A stretch of 32,000 bases of DNA from Candidatus Saccharimonadota bacterium (GCA_001897305.1 MKSO01000001.1:660001-692000), one strand, 5' to 3'; counted from the first letter of the stretch, positions 1-6,025 are shown. Notes: generated by a model from the letters alone, not told the origin. A program made the numbers and translations.

Positions 1-337
1 GAACACTTGAACGCTTATCATTCAGTTGAAACCCATAATCATTGCCGTATTGGCTAATGTACAGCTTATCGCCTGGCTTTACTGATTGTAGTTGCCGCTT
101 GAATGGAGTGATACCGATACGGAACGATATAGCCAGATCGCTTTCGGTAGGCGAGGATGATAAAGAATATACCTTGCCGCCATTTAGGTTTGTATCTGCA
201 AAATTTATATCTATCCAATCCCCAGCCTCAAACTGAAAACCAATTGGTCGCTCAAAATAAACCGACATACTGTTGTCGCCAATCAGCTGAGTACGAAGAA
301 CGGTTAAGCCGACCTGAACATTTTTCGTTACGGGCAT
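1..337 (-). CDS. FNR-superfamily FAD-binding oxidoreductase, N-terminal part (CDS runs off the left edge)
   Basis: Open frame missing from the supplied track because it has no stop inside the window. ATG at 337 gives MPVTKNVQVGLTVLRTQLIGDNSMSVYFERPIGFQFEAGDWIDINF..GGKVYSLSSSPTESDLAISFRIG..VKPGDKLYISQYGNDYGFQL. The F-x-F-x-AG, x-YS-x-xSxP and GD-x-L-x-I pattern matches the FAD-binding barrel of ferredoxin-NADP reductase-like proteins. It starts 20 nt after the copB stop, same strand. Confidence 0.55.
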   Translation of the reverse strand, partial: MPVTKNVQVGLTVLRTQLIGDNSMSVYFERPIGFQFEAGDWIDINFADTNLNGGKVYSLSSSPTESDLAISFRIGITPFKRQLQSVKPGDKLYISQYGNDYGFQLNDKRSSV

Positions 338-357
338 CGTGTTATCTTCTCGCCGCC

Positions 358-2406
358 TTAGTGGCTATGACCCGGATGGTAATGAGCACGTCTTAGTAGC
401 TGTGCATTGATGGCTACAATTACCGTTGATAACGACATTAAAACAGCTCCTACGGCTGGCGACAGTAAAATACCGGATTTATAAAGCACACCGGCTGCTA
501 GTGGAATAGCGAGTACATTGTAGCCAGTAGCCCAAGCAAGGTTCTGTACCATCTTACGGTAAGTTGCTTTGGACAAATGAATAACCCTTAACACATCTCG
601 TGGATCGCTTTTAACTAAGATAATGTCGGCTGATTTAATGGCAACGTCAGTACCAGCTCCGATTGCCAATCCAATCTCTGCCTGAGTTAGAGCCGGTGCA
701 TCGTTAATGCCATCGCCAACAAAGGCTACTTTATTACCACTTTGCTGTAATTCTTTGACCTTATTGGCTTTATCCTCTGGACGTACCTCTGCAAAATACT
801 GGTCCAAACCGAGCTGTTTTGCAACATAAGCAGCAACATCTTGGCTGTCGCCCGTTACCATTGCCGTCTTAATACCCTCGGCTTTTAACCCAGCTATAGT
901 TTGTTTTGATTGCTCACGGATAACATCAGCTAAAGCAATCGCACCAATAACTACCTTGCCATCTTTGATTAGATACACCTCGGTCTTGCCATCCTTAGCA
1001 GCTTGCTTGGAATGCTGCTCTATATCAGCAGGTACTTTGAGCTTGTTTTCTTTGATGTACCGATGACTCGCTGCTGTGAAATTATCCTTACCGTGTAGTC
1101 TGCCTTTTACGCCAAGCCCAGGTAAAGCGGAAAAGTCTTCAACTTTATCAAAGTGAACGTGCCTTTTATTTGCTTCGTTGACGATCCCTTTGCCAACTAT
1201 ATGCTCACTGTTTTGCTCAAGGCTTGCGGTTAGATGCAGAATGTCCTCATCGGTATAACCTTTCGTTGCCCAAATATCCGTTACGCCGTGTTCGCCTTTA
1301 GTGAGCGTACCTGTCTTATCAAAGAGTACCCAATCAACTTTGCGAGCAGCTTCAAGTGCCAAACGCTTCCGTACCAGCAAACCGTTTCTTGCCGAAAGTG
1401 CAGTTGATATTGAAACAACTAACGGTATAGCCAAACCCAATGCGTGTGGACAGGCGATGATAAGGACGGTTACCGAACGTTCAAGAGCAAAGGCAGCATC
1501 TTTGGCAACGAGCCAGTAGATAAAAGTAAGTACGCCCGTAACTATTGCGATGAGCGTTAGTGCAAATGCCGCCTTGTCAGCAAGTACCTGCACATTAGAC
1601 TTTGAGCTTTGTGCTTCGGCTACAAGTCGCATAATCCCGGCAAGGGCAGTGTCTTCGCCGAGCTTTGTAACTTTGACCGTCAGTGAGCCGTCTTGGTTGA
1701 TCGTTCCGGCAACTACCTCGTCATTAACCGTCTTACTTGTCGGCTTGCTCTCGCCTGTGATAGCCGCTTCATTTACCGATGAACTACCCTCAGTGATTAC
1801 ACCATCTACCGGAATGCTCGAACCTGGACGGATCAATACCAAGTCGCCAACTTTTAGATCGCTTACGAGCACCTGCTTTGGATTACCGTTTACCAGCTTT
1901 TCGGCTTTATCGGGTAGGAGCTGAGATATAGCATCTAAGGCACTTTCAGCCTTAGCCACTGATGCCATCTCTAACCAATGCCCTAATAGCATAATCGTTA
2001 CAAGCGTTGCCAGCTCCCAAAAGAAACCCTCGCCCTCAATGAAGAACTGAGTTGCAACGCTGTATACATAAGCCGTGATAATTGCCAGGCTGATGAGTGT
2101 CATCATACCCGGCAATTTGGCTTTTAACTCGCCCCACGCACTTTTAATGAACACCATACCGCCATAAAAGAATATGATGGTGCTAAGAACGAATGGTACG
2201 TACTGCGACCCCGGAAAACTAGGCGGCGTAAAGTTCAGCCAGTGCTGTATCATCTCTGAATACGCCATAACAGGTATGGTCAGTATCAGGGACAGCCAGA
2301 ACTTATCTTTAAACATCGCCACAGAATGATCGGCGTGTTTATCGTGCTCCTGATGCTCGCCTGAACCGTGATGGTGTTCGTGATGTGCGTGGTGCGAGTG
2401 ATCCAT
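358..2406 (-). CDS. copB: Copper-translocating P1B-type ATPase, CopB-like (CPH motif, His-rich N-terminus)
   Basis: 682-aa ORF. His-rich N-terminus MDHSHHAHHEHHHGSGEHQEHDKHADH. P-type motifs ITGES, DKTGTLT and GDGINDAP. The transmembrane metal site is IIACPHALGLAIP (CPH), typical of the P1B-3/CopB subgroup. Confidence 0.93.
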   Translation of the reverse strand: MDHSHHAHHEHHHGSGEHQEHDKHADHSVAMFKDKFWLSLILTIPVMAYSEMIQHWLNFTPPSFPGSQYVPFVLSTIIFFYGGMVFIKSAWGELKAKLPGMMTLISLAIITAYVYSVATQFFIEGEGFFWELATLVTIMLLGHWLEMASVAKAESALDAISQLLPDKAEKLVNGNPKQVLVSDLKVGDLVLIRPGSSIPVDGVITEGSSSVNEAAITGESKPTSKTVNDEVVAGTINQDGSLTVKVTKLGEDTALAGIMRLVAEAQSSKSNVQVLADKAAFALTLIAIVTGVLTFIYWLVAKDAAFALERSVTVLIIACPHALGLAIPLVVSISTALSARNGLLVRKRLALEAARKVDWVLFDKTGTLTKGEHGVTDIWATKGYTDEDILHLTASLEQNSEHIVGKGIVNEANKRHVHFDKVEDFSALPGLGVKGRLHGKDNFTAASHRYIKENKLKVPADIEQHSKQAAKDGKTEVYLIKDGKVVIGAIALADVIREQSKQTIAGLKAEGIKTAMVTGDSQDVAAYVAKQLGLDQYFAEVRPEDKANKVKELQQSGNKVAFVGDGINDAPALTQAEIGLAIGAGTDVAIKSADIILVKSDPRDVLRVIHLSKATYRKMVQNLAWATGYNVLAIPLAAGVLYKSGILLSPAVGAVLMSLSTVIVAINAQLLRRAHYHPGHSH

Positions 2407-2407
2407 T

Positions 2408-3091
2408 TTAGTGGCTCATCCCTGACATTGAATTATCAGAGGTTGAGTATTCCCAGTCTGTCTGCCACTGCTTCATCTGAGCAATTTCCTTGCTTTGTGC
2501 ATCAACAATGGCTTTTGTAAGCGTCTTTACCTCTTGGTGCTGAGCGTTTGTCTCGCCTGGATAAGCCATATTGATTGCCGATTGATGGTGTTCAATCATT
2601 GATGAAATGAACGCTTTGTCAAAGTCATCGCCGGTAAGATCTTTCAGTTTTTCGGTCATAGATGCCATATCATCCATCATCCCCATTGCCGAGTGATCCA
2701 TCATCATATCGCCACTGCTTGCAGGGTAACCCCACTGACTTTGCCAACTCTGCATATCGGTAATCTCTTTATTCTGAGCTGATATGATTGCGTTTGCCAT
2801 ATCTTTTAGTTCCTGATGCTTAGCGTTAGTCAATGCCAGATTTGCCATATCAACCGCCCCTTGATGATGGGCAATCATATTAGCAAGAAACATCCGGTCG
2901 TAGTCTTCGCCTTTTAGCTCATTGAACTGCTTATACTCAGCAGAGTTTTTATCTACCAAACTGGTGTCGGCTGTTTGCTGGGTAGAGTTATTGGTCGCAG
3001 CCTTATCACTCTTATTGGCAGCATAAATGCCAGCTCCGGCAACTACCGCCACAAGGATTACGACTGCAATGATGATCTTGTTCTTATTCAT
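2408..3091 (-). CDS. DUF305-family protein (two tandem DUF305 repeats), membrane-anchored/secreted
   Basis: Contains two copies of the DUF305 signature: DRMFLANMIAHHQGAVDMA and DKAFISSMIEHHQSAINMA. Start chosen at the internal ATG (3091, MNKNKIIIAVVILVAVVAG), which has GGAG 6 nt upstream and begins the signal/anchor helix. The track ORF extends to 3133. Only 1 nt lies between its stop and the copB start. Confidence 0.85.
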   Translation of the reverse strand: MNKNKIIIAVVILVAVVAGAGIYAANKSDKAATNNSTQQTADTSLVDKNSAEYKQFNELKGEDYDRMFLANMIAHHQGAVDMANLALTNAKHQELKDMANAIISAQNKEITDMQSWQSQWGYPASSGDMMMDHSAMGMMDDMASMTEKLKDLTGDDFDKAFISSMIEHHQSAINMAYPGETNAQHQEVKTLTKAIVDAQSKEIAQMKQWQTDWEYSTSDNSMSGMSH

Positions 3092-3136
3092 AGGTACTCC
3101 AAACATTAGGTTATTATCCGATTGCGTAAACAAATC

Positions 3137-3511
3137 CTATGTTCTGAATACCTGGAACAGAATATAGAACGGCACTTTAGGCGGCGGCTTTACTTCGCTG
3201 GCATATAGACGCTGCCTAACAAGGCTACTGGATAATTCCCACGTTTGCCCCTGTTGGGGTAGATGCACAGCGGTATTGTCCTCATCGTCGTCATCTTCAA
3301 GCTGCTTGGGATTGGTGCTTTCGTTGCTTAGAACCGCCGTACGGCACAGAGATGCACACGATGCGGCATCGCTGCTGGACTGATGGTTCATCCCGGTCAT
3401 CTCGTGCGACATTGTGCTCATTGCCGACGTATGCCCAGCAAAACCGATAGAGTTAATTAAAACAATAGCGACCAGAACCAGACTGTTCTTAATAGCTGCT
3501 AAATACTTCAC
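3137..3511 (-). CDS. Small secreted Met/His-rich protein (putative metal-binding), hypothetical
   Basis: 124-aa ORF with a GTG start and an N-terminal signal-like helix (LVLVAIVLINSIGFAG). This is followed by HTSAMSTMSHEMTGMNHQSS, a Cys pair (CASLC) and an acidic DDDDED run. It is packed between csoR and the DUF305 gene. I recognise no family. Confidence 0.55.
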   Translation of the reverse strand: MKYLAAIKNSLVLVAIVLINSIGFAGHTSAMSTMSHEMTGMNHQSSSDAASCASLCRTAVLSNESTNPKQLEDDDDEDNTAVHLPQQGQTWELSSSLVRQRLYASEVKPPPKVPFYILFQVFRT

Positions 3512-3513
3512 TT

Positions 3514-3798
3514 TTACTTACCCCTCACATTTGATAGCTCATAGAGTGCAAGTAGTTCTTCAACGGCTTTATCCTGCTCCGCTTCCGTGCTTGAGGAAAG
3601 GCTGTCTTTGATATGCGTACGGACGTGATTTTCCAATATGAGCTTATTGAGCGAGCCGATGGACTTTTGAATAGCAAGGCTCTGTGTGAGTATGTCCATA
3701 CAGTAGTCTTCATTTTCAATCATTTTTTGAACACCTCGCATCTGACCCTCAAGTATCTTTGCTCGGTGTAATGCCCGTTGTTTCAAATCACTTATCAT
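3514..3798 (-). CDS. csoR: CsoR/RcnR-family (DUF156) metal-sensing transcriptional repressor
   Basis: LHRAKILEGQMRGVQKMIENEDYCMDILTQSLAIQKSIGSLNKLILENHVRTHI matches the CsoR/RcnR four-helix-bundle family. Start set at ATG 3798 (MISDLKQR). The track start at 3834 is a TTG lying inside the predicted -35 box and operator. Confidence 0.88.
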   Translation of the reverse strand: MISDLKQRALHRAKILEGQMRGVQKMIENEDYCMDILTQSLAIQKSIGSLNKLILENHVRTHIKDSLSSSTEAEQDKAVEELLALYELSNVRGK

Positions 3799-3804
3799 AA
3801 CCCC

Positions 3805-3834
3805 ATGATAGTACCCCCAGGGGGTACTATGCAA
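3805..3834 (-). promoter_or_regulatory. Sigma70-like promoter of the csoR-copB operon (apparently leaderless)
   Basis: Minus strand reads TTGCAT-18 nt-TATCAT-GGGGTT-ATG. The -10 box ends 6 nt before the csoR ATG and there is no Shine-Dalgarno sequence. Confidence 0.6.
3808..3830. promoter_or_regulatory. Perfect 23-bp palindrome, CsoR-type operator (ATAGTACCCCC-A-GGGGGTACTAT)
   Basis: Two 11-nt arms are exact reverse complements around A3819. The G/C tract flanked by TAC/GTA resembles known CsoR boxes. It fills the promoter spacer and overlaps both hexamers. Confidence 0.75.
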
Positions 3835-3848
3835 GAGAGAATATCTAG

Positions 3849-4175
3849 GCTAGTAGTAGGGGGATTACACAGACATTCCACGACGATATTGCAACTGAGC
3901 TAGAAAAGAAACAGCAGGAACTGAATGACCGCCTAAAGTTGCTAACAAACGACAATAAACAGTTCCAAGTAACCGCCTCTTACCTGTTAGACTTGGCTCA
4001 ACGGGCAGAAATGCTGTTTAAAGAGAGCGATGATGACCTACGACAGAAATTGTTGGAATACGTACTTTCAAACATTGAATTAAAGGACAAAAAGCTGTCT
4101 TATATACTGAACGACCCCTTTAAAACAATCGTTGAGACAAAGAAAAAGAGCCTTGCGGCTCATAATTCAAACATT
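3849..4175 (+). pseudogene. 3' remnant of a large serine recombinase-like gene (no N-terminal catalytic domain, no start)
   Basis: The frame opens right after TAG at 3846 with no plausible start. It encodes ..FHDDIATELEKKQQELNDRLKLLTNDNKQFQVTASYLLDLAQRAEMLFKESDDDLRQKLLEYVLSNIELKDKKLSYILNDPFKTIVETKKK. From memory this resembles the C-terminal coiled-coil tail of 'recombinase family' large serine recombinases. The reading frame then runs into the antisense of tRNA-Gly. Confidence 0.45.
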
Positions 4176-4251
4176 TGGTGCGGGTACAGGGACTCTAACC
4201 CTGGGCCTCATCCTTGGCAAGGATGCGCTCTAACAGCTGAGCTACACCCGC
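4176..4251 (-). tRNA. tRNA-Gly (anticodon GCC), CCA encoded
   Basis: Reverse complement folds as GCGGGTG TA GCTC AGCTGTTA GAGC G CATCC TTGCCAA GGATG AGGCC CAGGG TTAGAGT CCCTG TACCCGC A CCA. This is a 76-nt cloverleaf with anticodon loop TTGCCAA. Confidence 0.9.
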
Positions 4252-4262
4252 ATACTCAGGGT

Positions 4263-4291
4263 ATTATAGCGGGTAGCGGGTGTTATTTCAA
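4263..4291 (-). promoter_or_regulatory. Promoter of tRNA-Gly(GCC)
   Basis: Minus strand reads TTGAAA-17 nt-TATAAT, with 11 nt to the mature tRNA 5' end. Confidence 0.65.
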
Positions 4292-4302
4292 GATGTTAGC
4301 CT

Positions 4303-4767
4303 CTATTTAACGAGCTCGTAAAACACATAGGGTGATCGATGCCCGGTTGCGTAGGCAGCTATATCAACCTCGGCTAAGAAATCTGGCTTTATAGGCACCT
4401 GCTTTGGGTTTACAAAAGCTACGCGCGATAATTCAGCTGCACCGTGGCTGGTGTTTTCAAAATCGATGGTATTAAATAGCGGCGAATCTTCTACCAGCAT
4501 ATGGAATTCGAGTTCTTCGTCAAAACCCTCGCGACCCGACATAAACTGCTGAATAAAAGCCACTTTGTTTGTTGCCTTGGCGATGACGCCAAGTTCTTCG
4601 AAGACCTCTCGCTCGACACCTTCTTGTAATGTTTCGAGCGGGTCGAGCCCGCCGCCCGGTAATGCCCAGTAGTCAGATTCACTACCGTCATCATTTTTAT
4701 GTTTGACCGCTAAAATAGTATCGCCGCGAACAACCAGTGCGCGGACGTTAATGCGTCGTTTTTCCAT
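4303..4767 (-). CDS. NUDIX hydrolase
   Basis: Nudix box GGGLDPLETLQEGVEREVFEELGV (GX5EX7REUXEEXGU). Start set at ATG 4767 (MEKRRINVRALVV), preceded by AAGGAGAGG. The longer track ORF (to 4842) would translate the conserved leader element. Confidence 0.88.
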   Translation of the reverse strand: MEKRRINVRALVVRGDTILAVKHKNDDGSESDYWALPGGGLDPLETLQEGVEREVFEELGVIAKATNKVAFIQQFMSGREGFDEELEFHMLVEDSPLFNTIDFENTSHGAAELSRVAFVNPKQVPIKPDFLAEVDIAAYATGHRSPYVFYELVK

Positions 4768-4796
4768 GTGCCTCTCCTTATAGGTATTGTACTTAT

Positions 4797-4866
4797 TGGT
4801 TAGAAGCGTGAGTGGTTCGGCACGCCCGAACTTGCAGCGCATAGAGGAACCTAGTGGTTCATAGTG
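4797..4866 (-). ncRNA. Conserved structured 5' leader element, copy 1 (upstream of NUDIX)
   Basis: Minus strand reads CACTATGAACCACTAGGTTCCTCTATGCGCTGCAAGTTCGGGCGTGCCGAACCACTCACGCTTCTAACCA. It is homologous to 25271..25340 and has two hairpins (GAACC/GGTTC and GTTCGG/CCGAAC). See findings. Confidence 0.55.
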
Positions 4867-4871
4867 TCGTT

Positions 4872-4899
4872 AGTGTAGCACGAAGAATACTTTTTACAA
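4872..4899 (-). promoter_or_regulatory. Promoter of the NUDIX leader
   Basis: Minus strand reads TTGTAA-16 nt-TACACT. The conserved leader block begins 5 nt after the -10 box. Confidence 0.5.
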
Positions 4900-4937
4900 A
4901 AAACAATTGCGCGCAACTTCTCCACGTATTCCAAGAA

Positions 4938-5108
4938 CTACTTCATAGCCGATATCATAAGACCGATAAAGACACATATTGGCGCTAAAACAAAAACACC
5001 AACAAAACTATAGCGCCACCACCAATGGGGTTTAAGTTCCTGGCCCTTAAGGACAGCTTCGGCTTCTTCTTTGCTCATAGGTTTATGATGCCAACCTTTA
5101 TCCGACAA
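4938..5108 (-). CDS. Possible small membrane protein (46-56 aa), hypothetical
   Basis: Below the track cutoff. From the TTG at 5108 (GAGGT 4 nt upstream) or the ATG at 5078: ..MSKEEAEAVLKGQELKPHWWWRYSFVGVFVLAPICVFIGLMISAMK. It has one C-terminal hydrophobic helix. No family recognised. Confidence 0.25.
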   Translation of the reverse strand: MSDKGWHHKPMSKEEAEAVLKGQELKPHWWWRYSFVGVFVLAPICVFIGLMISAMK

Positions 5109-5281
5109 CGTTACCTCAATGTATTTATAGCCAAATGTGAATGTAAATACGAAAAAATATGGAAATAGCCATAATTCAGAATAATATCTTTATTCTGTGC
5201 TATTTGTTTTGTTAGGTTCTTTCTACCCCAACCAAAAAAAATATATACAATCCTGTTTCACTTATCTTATAAACTCTAAAG

Positions 5282-5356
5282 TGGTGCGGGCGGGGAGAGT
5301 CGAACTCCCGTCTCAACCTTGGGAAGGTCACATAATGGCCGTTATACGACGCCCGC
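5282..5356 (-). tRNA. tRNA-Gly (anticodon CCC), CCA encoded
   Basis: Reverse complement GCGGGCG TC GTATAACGGCCATTAT G TGACC TTCCCAA GGTTG AGAC GGGAG TTCGACT CTCCC CGCCCGC A CCA, 75 nt. Confidence 0.88.
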
Positions 5357-5393
5357 TCTATACTCTAGCGTATCATATATTTTATCCCCACTG

Positions 5394-5903
5394 CTAGAAC
5401 CGCGGGGGCACTTCTTTTGTCATAACAGTGGGTACGCGACCTGCCCTACGTGAATATTGTAATGCCCATAGGTAGGGTCGCCCTCGAATCTTGGAAGTGT
5501 CTTCACTTTTTTGGGCCAGCCGCTTCATAGCTTGCTCGTCTAGCGTGGGTGTGCTCCCAGGCCCAGCTCGGCGTTCATACTGCGTGGCTTTGTTATACTC
5601 ATCAATACTATCGTCACCGCACACACCTTTCACAGACCCTAAGCCCGGGCTGGCCACCCACATTAAATGCCCGGAAATAAATAACCAAGCCACTAGTGCA
5701 ACAAGTACAATACCAACTAAACCTGTCAAAATATCTTCTTCATACCACCCTCTTATATAAATAACGCGAGGCCTGGCGAGGAAATTGCTTCCAACACAAA
5801 ACCCGCCGCCAGGCGGACCTTTCGATCCTGCAAAGGTTTCCCAATGCAACGCGCAAACGAGCCTGAACGACGGGTTCAGTAGTTTGCGCGTTTTTGCCAC
5901 CAT
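5394..5903 (-). CDS. Hypothetical protein; only the C-terminal two-thirds (one TM helix plus soluble tail) looks protein-like, true start uncertain
   Basis: 169-aa track ORF. The first ~55 codons (..GSKGPPGGGFCVGSNFLARPRV..) overlap a run of strong hairpins and look non-protein-like. The remainder contains LTGLVGIVLVALVAWLFISGHLMWVA plus a charged tail. No family recognised. Confidence 0.3.
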   Translation of the reverse strand: MVAKTRKLLNPSFRLVCALHWETFAGSKGPPGGGFCVGSNFLARPRVIYIRGWYEEDILTGLVGIVLVALVAWLFISGHLMWVASPGLGSVKGVCGDDSIDEYNKATQYERRAGPGSTPTLDEQAMKRLAQKSEDTSKIRGRPYLWALQYSRRAGRVPTVMTKEVPPRF

Positions 5904-5982
5904 GCCTTTCGCTATAAAAGCTACTCAGGTTAGGTGGGATCGCCGAATTGTAATAGCGCATTCAAAAAGAATGCTTAAAGTT

Positions 5983-6011
5983 AGTATAGCGAAACACGCT
6001 CAACCAGGCAA
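5983..6011 (-). promoter_or_regulatory. Sigma70-like promoter directly downstream of the LD-carboxypeptidase stop
   Basis: Minus strand reads TTGCCT-17 nt-TATACT. The predicted +1 is near 5976, at the start of the hairpin-dense region. Confidence 0.5.
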
Positions 6012-6025
6012 ATAATATAAACGTT

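Noticed and set aside
3799-3834. Longer N-terminal extension of csoR (MHSTPWGYYHGV..), which would supply an N-terminal His like RcnR
   Set aside because: It begins with a TTG that coincides with the -35 hexamer. It would also translate the perfect palindromic operator. The ATG at 3798 fits the promoter geometry.
3939-4310. Track ORF of 123 aa, considered as an intact gene
   Set aside because: It uses a TTG start inside a longer start-less frame. Its last ~45 codons are simply the antisense of tRNA-Gly(GCC) (..WCGYRDSNPGPHPWQGCALTAELHP..). It is treated as a recombinase remnant instead.
4840-4866. ACTAGGTTCC in leader copy 1 resembling the CUAGGGUUCCG start of ykkC/guanidine-I-type riboswitches
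   Set aside because: Copy 2 has GTATGGGTCC at that position. The downstream ykkC-conserved blocks (GGUCCGAGAG, ACGGCGGGA) are absent from both copies.
5176-5196. AT-rich 8-bp hairpin CAGAATAA-TATCT-TTATTCTG followed by a T-rich tail on the plus strand
   Set aside because: There is no plus-strand gene upstream to terminate. The stem is entirely AT-rich, and such stems arise easily in AT-rich spacer DNA.
5197-5397. 66-aa plus-strand ORF
   Set aside because: It is antisense read-through of tRNA-Gly(CCC) (..RAGRVELPSQPWEGH..), with no start context.
5807-5830. GATCGAAAGGTCCGCC (minus strand) resembling the RNase P P4 box GAGGAAAGTCCGGGC, with CCCGGGCTTAG at ~5640..5660 as a possible partner
   Set aside because: The two segments are not complementary in the way P4 requires (AAGGTCCGCC versus AAGCCCGGG). 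They are only ~170 nt apart, and the other universally conserved RNase P regions were not seen.
5771-5830. GGAAGCA and GNRA-loop hairpins, considered as SRP (4.5S) RNA domain IV
   Set aside because: The GGAA tetraloop/AGCA symmetric-loop arrangement (..GGUCCGGAAGGAAGCAGCC..) could not be reproduced on either strand.
5905-5945. AACCTGAGTAGC..AGCGAAAGG (minus strand) resembling the TPP riboswitch ACCUGAUCUGG..CCAGCGUAGGGA
   Set aside because: The second required element (the CUGAGA pyrimidine-sensor helix) is missing, the intervening stem is only 3 bp, and the downstream gene has no thiamine link.
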